Assembly: GCF_009914755.1 (NCBI RefSeq)
Contig: NC_060934.1
Reading direction: 5' to 3' (one strand)
Origin: the human T2T-CHM13v2.0 reference genome, Homo sapiens
Length of the DNA stretch: 64,000 nt
In this document: positions 15,706-28,948 of the stretch, one piece after another
How positions within the stretch are numbered: the first letter of the stretch is position 1
Layout: each line of letters begins with the position of its first letter
Position numbers and translations under genes: made by a program
Notes under the pieces: model-generated
Database searches by the model: none
Told to the model about the DNA's origin: nothing
What the model saw: the letters and a program-made list of their open reading frames with translations, nothing else

Positions 15706-15822
15706 TGATGTGGGGGGATCACTTCAGCCCAGGATTTTAAGGCTGCAGTGAGCTGAGATCACGCCATTGCTCTCCAGTCTAGGAGACAGAGCAAGATCCT
15801 ACCTCTGAAAAAAAAAAAAAAA
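15706..15822 (+). mobile_element. AluJ/FRAM right-arm fragment
   Basis: ggatcacttcagcccagg...ggctgcagtgagc...A tail. Confidence 0.8.
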
Positions 15823-17104
15823 GAACACTACGGATTAAGTGATTTTTCCTCCATTTTACCCACTGATCTATGCCTCTGGCACTGTCTGGCCACCTGATAT
15901 AAGGCTAGGGCCTAGTGAAGATTGCATAGGTGGGAATAACTGATATTATTCTTCTTAGTGATGGCCTAGTTCCAGTGACCTCCTTGTCTGTATATGACAA
16001 TTCCTCCCAAATTCAACCTACTCTTTCAAGATTAAATAAAAATACATTATCCTCCTTCATTTAACTTTTTCTAAGTCACACATCAAAGCAATCAGTTCAC
16101 ATTACCAAGTGTAGCATAAGTTGAATGGATGTGTTAGGAGCAAAATACGCACCTCCACCTTTGCCTGATGAGGAAGCCTACAGGTGCGTTGTGGACTGGC
16201 ACCCCAGTGCCTCAAAAATATAACCTTAATGCACAGAGGAGTGTGCCTCCTAAGGCATTAACCATCTGTAGCAGTGTTATAACAGCAGCCCCAATCTATT
16301 TTTCACAGTGACTTCTTCATGGCTCATGGTTCCGCAATAATACTCAGAACTCAAATTGTTTCACATCCAGAAAACCACAAACTATGAATACATATATAAG
16401 CCATACCAATAAACAGAGCCATTGCTTGAATAAAGATATTTTTATTGCCACTCATTAAATTACTATGTTTGAAATGTCTTAAACAAATGCTTTGGAACAG
16501 TATCATGCCAAACGTACCCACACACACAGAAAGGCAATTCGGCTTCAAAAACAACGTGCTCACAGCCACCATGCTCTGATTGGAGCCACATGGTGCTCTG
16601 GGCTTCCATGTGTTGGCTTTTCCACCAAAACCAACTCAGAACATTTCCTCCAAGGACCCCTTTCCCATTTCCTCCCCTCTTCTGATTTTGGACACATTTG
16701 AAGAAACTTGAATGTTCTTTATCCTTTACCCAAGGGTAAAAGAAAACACAAAATGATCGTGATCAGATGTTTATTTAACATCTATAGAGAGCCCATATAT
16801 ATGTGTTTTTTAATCCCTGAGCTATCAAGACTACATTTTACCTGTTCAAATAAAGATTAACCCACCTCCCAGCCATAATCAGTATCCAGTTAATTTTTAG
16901 GAGGATGCTAGAAGGATGATATACCACCTGAGTGGCTGCCTGGAGCCTGGGGCATGGAGTTGCAGTGCTTGGTGTGATTACCTGGGCAGAGCCAAGGCGC
17001 CTCATGAAGCTGCGGATGGGGAGAAGCCCTGGGATACTTCTCACCTGAAACACAGATTGGTAGAGCACAGCCCCAGCTCATGGGAGAAGAAATGAAATGA
17101 TGAA

Positions 17105-17245
17105 AACTTACTTTACATAGGAAGAAGCTGAGATATGAAGTTGACTCCACTTATCCAAGACCCCACAGCTCCTGAGAACTGGAAAAAAAGAGTAAGACTG
17201 AGGTCTAACAGGCTTCAAAGCCCAAACCGTTCCTGCCCCATCATT
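17105..17245 (-). mobile_element. MIR fragment
   Basis: 'ctttacataggaagaagctgag...cttatccaagaccccacagct...cttcaaagccc'. Confidence 0.6.
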
Positions 17246-17382
17246 TAGAATCCAAAGAAATCCTTACAACAAGATTTCACTTTAGCATAAGAAAAGAGTA
17301 CATTTCAACCACAGAACAATAAAATATTTATTTCATTGAATGTCAGTTGTTCAATAGTTAGTACCGTTTAAAAGCAGAGTTT

Positions 17383-17690
17383 GACCAGATGCGGTGGCTC
17401 ACGCCTGTAATCCCAACACTTGGGGAGGCCAAGGCAGGCGGAGCACCTGAGGTCAGGGGTTCGAGAGTAGCCTTGACAACATGGTGAAACCCTGTCTTTA
17501 CTAGAAATACAAAAAATTAGTTGAGCATGGTGGCACACATCCAAAGTCCCAGCTACTCAGGAGGCTGAGGCAGGGGAATCACTTAAACTTGGGAGGAGGA
17601 GGTTGCCGTGAGCAGAGATTACACCACTGCACTACAGTCTAGGCTACAGAGCAAGATTACATCTAAAAAAAAAAAAGAAAGAAAGAAAAA
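17383..17690 (+). mobile_element. AluSx-like
   Basis: TSD aaaagcagagttt. Confidence 0.92.
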
Positions 17691-18991
17691 AGCAGAGTTT
17701 TACTAAAATAACAACAAAAAGCTTTGCCTTTAACTTGACTTGAACAGAGCATCAGTGTTTGTTTCATTACAGTAGTGCTTCCTAATGTGGACCATGTAAT
17801 AGATATAATAAATGAAACACTATCTGATGATAACCAGGACACTCATTTAAACGACCAGTGGCTTGGCAATATTGCTGCAAATGAGCATCCTGTAAAGATG
17901 GCGCCCTGCCCCAGCTGCACATGAATGTAGACACAAAGCTCTGAGATGCAATAAACTAGAGCCAAATACTGAGCATTCTCACAGAGGCAAGAATTACATT
18001 TGTACCTCAATTCTCACCGTATCGCCTCCTTGCCCCTTGGCCTCCTGTAAATGCCTGGACCTTTCCTGAACTTCAAAAGAAGTTAGAACCTGCTCATCTG
18101 CTGCAAAAGAGAACTCAAGGATAACTACTCCATGCCAAGAAAACAGATGGTCTAATTTCCTGGAAGAAAGGATGGAAGGAAAGGGTTCAAAGGGTGATCG
18201 ATTTATTTTTAGAGGAAAAAGGTATTGAACAGGGGAGTGAGTTGACTAAATTGTTTTAAATAATAATTTTAAAAGACAGGTGTGCTAGACCAGGTGTACT
18301 ATTTCCTGAAACCAGATCACATAAAAAAAAGATCTTAAAAAGGAAGTGTGTGTCAATGTGTCATCCCCTTGATGTTGGAAGCAATAAGGTTAACCATTCG
18401 CCCCACCACCCTGTTTTCACCACCTGTCTCTAGGTCCTACTGCTACAGCCAGGCAGGATGCATGATGCCTCTCTCCATTGGTCGATACCTTTCCACTCTG
18501 ACCCAGTAAGGGATTTATTCATCCACTCAAAGGTGCTTTCAAATCTCCCCTATACCAAAGCATAATGTAAAACCACAGAAGTTGTGGGCATATACCTAGA
18601 GAATGCTCACAGAGAACGTGAAAGCCACAGGACCTAGCAAATAAGGAAGTTGTTCCTAGGCCATAGTCACTGATGGCAGGGGACATATAGAGTGCACAGG
18701 GAAACAAAGCCTCCCTGAGTGCCTTTTTGCAGATTCGGTCCTTAGTGTGAACTAGGAGCAGGAGCAGAAGTGGAGGATGAGGATTTCCCCCAACTGCTTT
18801 TCAGGGCCTGGCTCTATGGACTCAAAGGACACATGCCAGGGCCAAGGGCAGAATTGCGCAAGACCCACAGAAGAACAAAGAAGTGGTCTCATAGAAGGAG
18901 AAATACGGCCCAGATTCTAACAGAACCTGTTCTCCTACCCAAACTAAACTCAGCATTCTCACCAATTCCAACTAAGAAGAAATTGAATCAA

Positions 18992-19127
18992 TCTTTCTTT
19001 CTTTCTTTCTTTCCTTTTCTTTCTTTCTTTCTTTCCTTTTCTTTCTTTCTTTCTTCCTTCTTTCTTCCTTCCTTCCTTCCTTCCTTCCTTCCTTCCTTTC
19101 TTCCTTTCTTTCTTCTTTCTTTCTTTT
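18992..19127. repeat. (TTTC)n/(TTCC)n polypyrimidine microsatellite
   Basis: Pure C/T tract of ~135 bp. Confidence 0.95.
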
Positions 19128-19824
19128 GCCAAACTCCTGATAAATGGTGCTACCAGGATTGGAACGCAGATAAATTCATTTGTTGCCTAGATGACATTTT
19201 AACCATATGGAAACTACATGCAATTCTCATTGCATTCCTGGGTTCCATCCTTTGTTCATTGCTGTCTGCAGTTAAGGTGGCTCCCTTATTTGTGGGGGTT
19301 GATTCTCACTATCAAAGCTCTACGACCCCCATAGGGAGAGCAGGTGGGTAGCCCTGCTGATGAACAGCCCAAGTTGAGCTCAATCTGCATGCCCCATGCC
19401 TCACATCCAGGCACATGGGAAATGTGCACTGTTGATAACTAGATTACACTTTTACTGCATTCCTAAACATGGCCTGAGTTCATGGCCTTTCAGCCATGGC
19501 TGTGACCCCACAAGGGCCTGAAGTCCTTTCCTATGACTATCACCTTCCAAGCACAGCCCTTCTTAGAGAAAGACCTCACTGGAGACAGGAACCATGACTT
19601 ACTCATCTTCGTAGTTCACACCCTTTGCCCAAGTCACTCCCCCAGTTCCCAGAAGAGTGGCTTTTACATAACCCGCACTCGATAAATATTTATTGAAGTC
19701 AATCTGCTGTAGCCGTCTTCATGCTAGCTCTTTGATGGTGCTGAACATCCATGCCAGTCATCTTGAGAATAACAAAGACTGCTTTCCTAAGGAGAAAGCA
19801 TATATTCCAATGACACTTGTGAGC

Positions 19825-20300
19825 TCTTTCTGATTACAAAAGTAATGCATATTCATTATAGAAATTTGGAAAATTCAGAAAAGCATAAATAAAAAATACA
19901 ATAATTAATAATCCCATCATCTACAAGAGAACTGCCGTTAACTTTTTGCTGCTTATTCTTCCTGGTTTCTATGTGTTCTTTTACATATGTAAATTATAAA
20001 ATTGGGATCACAGTGATTACTATTGTTAATCTTTTTAAGCATAACTGATTAGCTTTGTCATACGTGCCCTTAAATATTCTTGAAGAACATGATTTCTAAT
20101 GGTTGCAATGTGTTCCACCATATGGATGTTCTAGTATTCTGTAATTTAACCAATTTCCTTTGTTGGGCATTTTGGTTATTTTCAATTTTCTACTGTTATA
20201 AATAAGGATTCAGTGAACATCCTAGTCCATAAATCTTTGCACCAGTTTTAATTATTTCCATACGTGAAATTCCTAGAAATGGAATTGTGCAAAGACTAAA
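19825..20300 (-). mobile_element. L1ME 3' end
   Basis: 'tgattacaaaagtaatgcatattcattatagaaatttggaaaa' and 'tgttgggcatttt' motifs. Confidence 0.7.
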
Positions 20301-20514
20301 AAGCAAGACTATTTTGAAGATGAAAAATGATTTGGTATGCAGGCCAGAATCTAACTTTATCTATGTGAGGAGATAAAAACCAGATAATGATCTGTTGGCT
20401 CCAAGGCATAACCTTTCGAAATCTGACTTTCAGTTCATGGACCTGTCATCTGCCCGGTCTAGGAAAAGACCATCCTCTGTTGAGAGTCAATGCCTCATGA
20501 AGAACAGAGACTTG

Positions 20515-20811
20515 GGCCATGTGCAGTGGCTCACACCTGTAATCTCAGCAGTTTGGGAGGCCGAGGTGGGAGGATCACCTGAGGTCAGGAGTTCAAGACC
20601 AGCCTGGGCAACATGGCAAAAACCCATCTCTAGTAAAAATACAAAAATTAGCTGGGTGTGGTGGCGCACATCTGTAGTCTCAGCTACTTGGGAGGCTGAG
20701 GCATGAGATTCACTTGAACCCAGGAGGCAGAGGCTGCAGTGAGCTGTGATTGTGCCACTGCCCTCCAACCTGGGTGAAAGAGTGAGACTCTGTCTCAAAA
20801 AAAAAAAAAAA
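20515..20811 (+). mobile_element. Alu (Jb/Sz-like)
   Basis: TSD agaacagagactt. Confidence 0.93.
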
Positions 20812-20944
20812 TAGAACAGAGACTTTGCTCTAAAGTCTTACAGGCTTGTGTTCTAATCCTGATATGTCCACTTAATAGCCATGTGCCCTGAGCTAATGTA
20901 TTAAGCCCTACTATCTACAAATACAAAATTGAAAGTAAGACTAT

Positions 20945-21846
20945 TGTGTAGAGAATGGTAACTACCCAAAATTAGTTCTGCCCTTCTTCCTTACTACCAT
21001 ATAGGAAGGTACTGTACCTAGTCAATTTATGACAAAGTTTGTTTCCCATGCAACTAGATGTGGACTTCTGTATCAGAACTTAATCATAAGATGTCAGGAA
21101 AAATTGTTATGGAACTTCTAGAAAGACTTAAAAGCAGAGATAGTTGGAGAAAACCCCTTTTGTACTCCCTCCTGACATGGTTTGGACCTGTCAAACCATG
21201 GTGTCCCCACCAAATCTCATGTCAAAGTGGAATCCCCAGTGTTGGAAGTGGGGCCTGGTGGGAGGTGATTGGATCATGGGTCGGGTTTCTCATGAATGGT
21301 ATAGCACCAACCACCTTGGTACTGCCCTCACGATTAGTGAGCGAGTTCTCATGAGATCTGTCCATTTCAAAGTGTGTGGCACCTCCCCCCTCACTCTCTC
21401 TTGCTCCTGCTTTCTCCATATGAATTTCCTGCTCCCACTTTGCCTTCCATCATGAGTAAAAGTTCCCTGAGGCACCCCCAGAAGCAGGTGCCACCATGCT
21501 TCCTATACAGCCTGCAGAACCATGAGCCAACCTCTTTTCTTTTACATTACCCAGTCTCAGGTATTTCTTTATACCAATGTGAGAATGGCTTAATACATCT
21601 CCTTCCTGATGCTTGGAATGCAGATGTGATGGCTGGAGCTCCAGCAGTCATTTTGGGATCTTGAAATGAAGTCATACTCTGAAAATATCGGTAAAGAAAA
21701 GCTGGTGCCTGGGACCCTTGTGATAGCATGGAACTGTCACATCTGCATGGGACTGACTCATTCACACTGCTTTAGCTGACAGTGTAGTGAAGCCAGCATT
21801 GTTTTGAGTTTTCCCTTATAGGCAGTCAAACCTAATCCTAACTGAT
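20945..21846 (+). mobile_element. MLT1 (J-like) LTR split by MST
   Basis: 'cctgatgcttggaatgcagatgtgatggctggagctccagcagtcattttg' and end 'ggcagtcaaacctaatcctaactga'. Confidence 0.7.
21173..21597 (+). mobile_element. MST (MSTA/B) solo LTR
   Basis: TG...CA termini, 'ggggcctggtgggaggtgattggatcatggg', 5-bp TSD cctcc/tctcc. Confidence 0.9.
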
Positions 21847-22806
21847 GAGAATACACATACATACATAGTCATTGTGGGGATAAAACAATCTATTAATATG
21901 CCTGGCACATAGCAGGTTAGCAGTACAGGTTGTGTCTTTTTTTACATAATTGTATCCTTTTTTACTACCAGAGCAGGTCAACCTTCTGCTAATTCTCTCT
22001 CTCTTTTCCTGCAATATGAAGCCACAAAGGACCTCCTTCTCTGATGTCCAGTTGAGGATTTCTTCCTGATAATCTCAGCAGTTTATCTTCTGACATAAAT
22101 TTCTCCTTCTCTCACTACTTTCTGCTTCCACCTTGAAACCTGGGTTTTCATTGATTTCCTAAGATTTCTGGACTCACACACCTCTTAGGGACACCAAAAC
22201 CAAATCTGAGTTTTTTCAGTAATGAACTTAAAAATTTACTCCTAACATTTATCATCAATACATAATCATTAATCACACATTACTCCCAATAGCTATTACA
22301 TACTCAGACATATTTGTGCCTGAAGTTCTAATTTACAGCTTGGATTACCTCACTGACCAGATCTGGCAGATTTCCTGGACTTCAGTGAAAAAAAAAAACA
22401 AAAAAAAAACCTTTATTGTCAATTTAGAAATAAGAAAAATACCAATTGCTCCTTCTGAAGTACTGAAGACATGTCACTCAGATATATCTCTGTACTACTT
22501 TCTCTTAGTGGACTGAGAATCTGTAACCAGGGCAGATTCTAATTCTTGAATGCTTGAAATTAAATTAATTTAACCAGTCACAAAATAATTAGACTCAATT
22601 TGATCAGTTGTTAAATAAAAAGCAAAGCTATTATTTGAATTCAAAAAGTGCCTTCAAATTTGTTTGCAAATACGCATGCAATTATAAATGAGACAAAATT
22701 ACATTTAACAGTAAAAAATTGGAAACAATTTAAATGTGACAGAGGGTACACACATTATGTTGCAAACATACATATATCAGTTATAAAAGTAACATTTATA
22801 AAATAG

Positions 22807-23133
<327 letters not shown>

Positions 23134-23899
23134 AAGGAAAACATTTGTAATATTAGGAGAGTAAATTAAATAGATAGATGGCATAAACAGCATGACTATT
23201 CTGTCCTTTCTAGTCTTTGCTATCTGCTAATTTTTTCAGTGATTCCCACACATTCATGGAGCATTTTGGCACCTGAGTGAACACATTTCTCTCCACCCTA
23301 CTTTTACTCAGTGTTCCCGGATGGGATAATTGTCCTAATGCAAGATGCATCTGCCAACATGGTCTATGGATGTCTGATTTTGGGAATTCCAGTGATACGC
23401 CTTTCTATGTAGCAACCTACTTCTAAAATCACTCTGGTTCTTACTAATCAGAATTTTTCTGTCTTATAAACCTTAAAATCCAGTATCCCATTTGCTAAGT
23501 GAGTTATTATTACAGTTCTCCTACATTCTTACACCCCATACACCATTCTTTAAACTTATTTCTACCGCCAGTCCCTTAATTACTCCCTTTTACTCCCTAA
23601 CCAATTCCTTTCCTTCCTCACATTTTTTTCCCCCTTCAAGCAGTACACTCTGCATTCTCCATGCTCCTTTGGTTTTCTCTCGACCTCCTTCCCTCCTGTT
23701 CTGTGAAACATCACCCTTGCACTGACCCAAACACCAGAGTTCTCTGATTCTACTTTTGGGCTGCTGAAGAGATGGACCCAGCCACACACGCTGGTATTGA
23801 GTCATGATTTCCAGTCTCAGCTGAGCCCAGTGCTCCCTGCTCACATTCTGAGATGTTCCAATTCCTAATTATTTCAGGAAAAAAAAAAAAAAAAAACCC

Positions 23900-25920
23900 A
23901 CACCCTTCTATTCATCAATATTCTCCTTCCCGCTTCCTTGCTGACTGATCATAAGCAGGGTCCTTCTTCTGTCTCAAATTTATCCCTTATTTTTGAGGCC
24001 CTCATGTCCCATTCCCCAGGACGCTCCTCTGTCAATCACTAACCATTGTAGCTTCAATCTTTTTTGTCAGCCTCAGAACCACTCATTTGCTGTCATCTCA
24101 AAAAGGATGTGTTTGCCTCATGTCCATTCCAGCTGCCAGTCTTTGATTTTCCTTCCAGAGCCAAGCTACCTAAAATAATTACCAACACGTGGTCCCAGTT
24201 TTTAACCTCTTTTTCATTCATCAATGTCTCAAGTCCCACCTTTCCCCCCAAAACTGCTCTCCAAGATTACCAAGTGACCATTTTGTTGCTCAGCTCAATG
24301 GATAAACTTCAGTCTTCATTGCATTGACTATTCTGTAGACGTGGATATACTTTCTTTTGTTGGGTTGGGGTTTTTGTTTTTGTTTTGGGAAACAGCTTTA
24401 TTGAGATACAATTTACATACCATAAATTAATCCATTCAAAGTGCCCAATTCAGTATTTGTTTTAGTATACTAAGAGTTATGCAGTCATCACCACAGTCAA
24501 TTTTAGAACATTTTCATCACTCCCAAAAAAAGCCTAAACTCTTTAACATTCACCCTCATTCCCTTCATACCCCTCCCCAGCCCTAAGCAATTATGAATCT
24601 ACTTTCTGTTGGTACAGTTTTACCTATTCATGTTTCATATAAATGGAATAATAAATCATACAATGTGTGTGTTTTCTGTGACTACTTTTTACTTAGCACA
24701 ATGTTTTCAAGGTTCATCCATATTGTGCTAAAGCTCACCACTTCATTCTTTTTCATAGACAAATAACATTCTGTTGTATGAATATACCACATATTATTTA
24801 TCCATTCATCAATTGGTCGATATTTGGATTATTTCCACCTTTTGGCTATTATGAATAATGCTGCTGTGAACATTTGTTGCAGAGATTTTTCTGTGGACAT
24901 ATGTTTTATTTTATGCTGAGTATATACCTAGTAGTGAAATTGCTGGGTCACATGGTAACTTGAAACTCAAACTTTTTAAAGAACTGCCAGACTATTTTCC
25001 AAAGGGGTTGCACTATTATGTGTTCTGACCAGAAGCATACGAGGTTTCCAATTTCTCCACATCCTCATCAACACTTGTTATTATCTGTCTTTTTTATTAT
25101 AGCCAGGTGAGAATAACATAGTATCTCATAGTGGTTTTAATTTTCATTTTCCCGATGACTAATGATGTTGAACAACTTTTTAAATCTTTTTTAATTAATT
25201 TATGAGATCCTTTATGTATTTTTTATGTAGTTTATTGTCAAATAAATAATTTGCGAATTTTTCCTCCTATTCTATGGGTTCTAGTTTCACTTTCTCAATG
25301 GTGTCCTTTTAAGAACAAAAATGTTTGATTTTGATTAGTCTAATTTACCTATTTTCTCTTTTATTATTTGTGCTTTGGTATTATATCTAAAAAACACCAT
25401 CTAATCTGAGGTTATCAAGATTTTCCTCTACTTTTTCTTATAAGAGTGTTATATTTATAAAACTATAGTTTTAGTTATAGTTATAACACCCTTATAAGTG
25501 TTATAGTTATAAAACAATAACACTCTCATAAGAAAAAGTAGGGGGAAATTTTCATGACCTCAAATTACATTGCTCTTACATTTAAGGCAATAATCCATTA
25601 TGAGCTAAATTTTGTATATGGTGTGAGGGAAGGGTTGACCTTAATATTCTTGATACTTGAAACTCTGCTTTCTTGGCCTTCAAGATTAGATTTCCCTAGT
25701 TTTCACCCTGTCTCACTTTACAGCCATTTAGTTTCTATAAAAAGTGTTGTTTCTTCTCCAATGTCATTGGACCCTAGGTTTCTATTGTAATTATAGGTTC
25801 AATTTTAACTCCCTTATTTAATTGTAAGATTGAGAACAGAAACTTCCTTATTTGATTTTATGTTCACCAAAGCCTCTGACAAAGACTGGAATTCTGTGGG
25901 TATGATAGATATTTATATTA
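23900..25920 (+). mobile_element. L2 relic split by L1MB
   Basis: 'aaaactgctctccaagattaccaagtgacc' before and 'cttgaaactctgctttcttggccttc' after the L1. Confidence 0.55.
24355..25637 (-). mobile_element. L1MB 3' region
   Basis: 'aacagctttattgagatacaatttacatacc', 'ttttggctattatgaataatgctgctg', 'tttgtatatggtgtgagg'. Confidence 0.88.
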
Positions 25921-26072
25921 AATACAAAACTGGCATCAGAACAAAGGCCTGAAGGTAAAATAGAGAAAGTGTATGTGTGTGTGTATATACATTATACATA
26001 CACACAGATATATAGGTATAAGTCTTGCCTTTTTTCTATTCCTCAGGCTTTTATAATAAAAATACTTGGAAA

Positions 26073-26265
26073 TATAATAATTGTACGTTTTAAAATAATT
26101 AAAAGAGTGTAATTGGATTATTTGTAATGTAAAGGATAAATGCTTGAGGGGATGGATACCCCATTCTCCATGATGTGCTTATTTCACATTGCATGCCTGT
26201 ATCCAAACATCTCATGAACCCCATAAATATATGCACCTACTATGTACTCACAAAATAAATTATAA
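26073..26265 (+). mobile_element. L1MA 3' terminal fragment
   Basis: 'ggataaatgcttgaggggatggataccccatt'; TSD aaaa.atacttggaaa. Confidence 0.85.
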
Positions 26266-27849
26266 GTACATTTTTTACAAATTGTGAAAAGATACTTGGA
26301 AACAATAAGGAAAACATCTGTATTTAAGGAAAAGAGGAAAAGAAGCTAAAACTTTTAACAAGAAGAATAAATTACTGCACTAACCACCCCACTGGATTGT
26401 GAGATTAAATGAAATCATGTAACTGAAAGCACCTTTTAATAGAAGCACTACACAAAGATAAGGTAAAGCTCTAAACAAACCCCAGATATTGACACGCTTG
26501 TCATCACCTGGCAAATTCCTTTAGAGTGGGACCCATTTTATGTATTCCCGGTACAATGCCTGGCACATAGCACATCTTAATTCTTTTATCTATTCAACCA
26601 ATGTGTCTGGAAGGGCCACCATTTGCCAGAAACCATGCAACGTGCTGGAGAATTCAGAAGCCAGAAGAACATGGTTCTTGACTTCATGCCCTACTACGCA
26701 GTTGAAATAGGAAATAAATATTTACTGAGAAACATTAAATCAGCTTGTGTTCCTGACATGTTATCTTTTTAGAAATGCAATAATAATGACAATATTATAT
26801 ATTTCCAACAATTTTTTAGAAAGCTTTGGGAAAAAAATTAAGGAAGTATTAGCAAAATGAAAACCTGTTCAGCATTTACAGAGTGCCTGCTCCACATGAA
26901 ACACTGACCTAGAATCTCTGAGGAATGAAGAGAAGAGTGAAACCTGGCTCCCACCCTATGAAAGTGCAAAGGCTCTTGGAAAGGACAGGTAGACAGATAT
27001 CTACAAAGATAACTCTAATCCAAAGCAAGTTATGGGAAATGCTATAGTGAAGGTTTAAACAAAATGTAGAGAGAGTTCAGGGGCAGACAGGATTCTGAGA
27101 AGAGCGTAGTATTATCTTAGGAAGGTTTCTGCTCATGCTTGTCTGTCTGGCAACTTAGACAGCAACAGCTTTACAAGCAGATTCAAGTATCTGTGCTCCC
27201 ATGAAGCATTTCCACCTCCCTGCCCACACAGATAGGATGATGGTGGCTCTAAGAGTGATCAGGGGATGCTGGGCTCCTGTGAATGTCTAGGACAAGACCT
27301 AGGTATGGATGAATTTTCCATTTCTTCTGAAATATATAGGATCAGCACCATAGGGCAGGAAGGGAACCCAGAGACCATCATTCCAACCTCCCAAGTGGTA
27401 CATTACTGTTTATTTGAGCCTATGTCCATGATCGAGAATGAATATCCTTTAGGCTTCACCCTCCAGCAGACTACTGGATTTTTGGAGTTACCCACACTTA
27501 AAGAAAAAGTAGAAGAAATGAACATTCGATTAAATATAATTCAAACAATCTGTTTTATCAAAGCAAGTCGACCATAAATCAGAAGAAAAGGTGGGGTTTA
27601 CATCACAAAAATGAGACAGGAACTTGGCAATGGCCCATCTTGGCAAGCTGTCATGCCAGGTCTACACAAGGTCAATATGGTAATTCATTTGCTGAAATTA
27701 CTTAATTCTGCTGTCTGTAACCAAACAGCTATTTATCTTCTTATACAGGAGCATGTCACTTCAAGGTAAAATTGATATTTGGCAATCCAAGTTTACAGGC
27801 AAGTGAATTGTTACTATACCGTAGGACTTGACTCTTTTACAGAGGACCA

Positions 27850-27855
27850 TTTATT
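27850..27855 (-). terminator. Candidate polyadenylation signal AATAAA
   Basis: tttatt on + strand, preceded on the minus strand by a U-rich tract (tgttttactgtgttt). Confidence 0.4.
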
Positions 27856-28514
27856 AAACACAGTAAAACAGGATTCTGTTTACAGATTTTTAAAAAATCT
27901 TTTTACACTATCTTTTCTGTCACATAGTAATTGTATAGAACTGAATGTTTTTCTACAAAAAAGACTTCCCACTACGGTCAGCAGATAATGTTGGTGCTAA
28001 GGCAAGTTCCAAAATTTTGAGTGGTAAATGTCTTTCTCCTGCCAAGTCAGATTGTGAGAGATCAATTTTAACTTCTTTTCAAATTGTAGTAATTAATAAC
28101 AGATTTCTTTCCTGTTACTGACCCAGGCATAAATGTAGGCTTGAAAAATAGCCAAAACAGATCTACACGATGCTCAAAAAGAAAGTCCCCTCTATGGCAA
28201 CAATGCAAGCCTTATTCCAGATTTCTGGCAAAGCTCTTCTCAGTTGCCTTTCTCCAGCAAAGTGGGCCTACGCACACTGTAAAATAAACTCAGAGAATGT
28301 TCAGCAATCTGCTGGTGGAGGTACTTGCTAAGTGAGCATCTCTTCCCTCCGTAAGCTGAAGTGTAATCATTTCTCTGTTCACCTCATTTGCATGATCTAA
28401 TGAAAAATGCACAACCTTGGATTATATCTGAAGCTATGAATCTATTAGATCTTTACAATAAGAAGTCAGGCTCATGTGGATAGCTTCACTGCATATATAT
28501 ATATATACATATAT

Positions 28515-28948
<434 letters not shown>

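Noticed and set aside
18770-19351. 193-aa ORF
   Set aside because: Length is inflated by the stop-free (TTTC/TTCC)n tract; no domain
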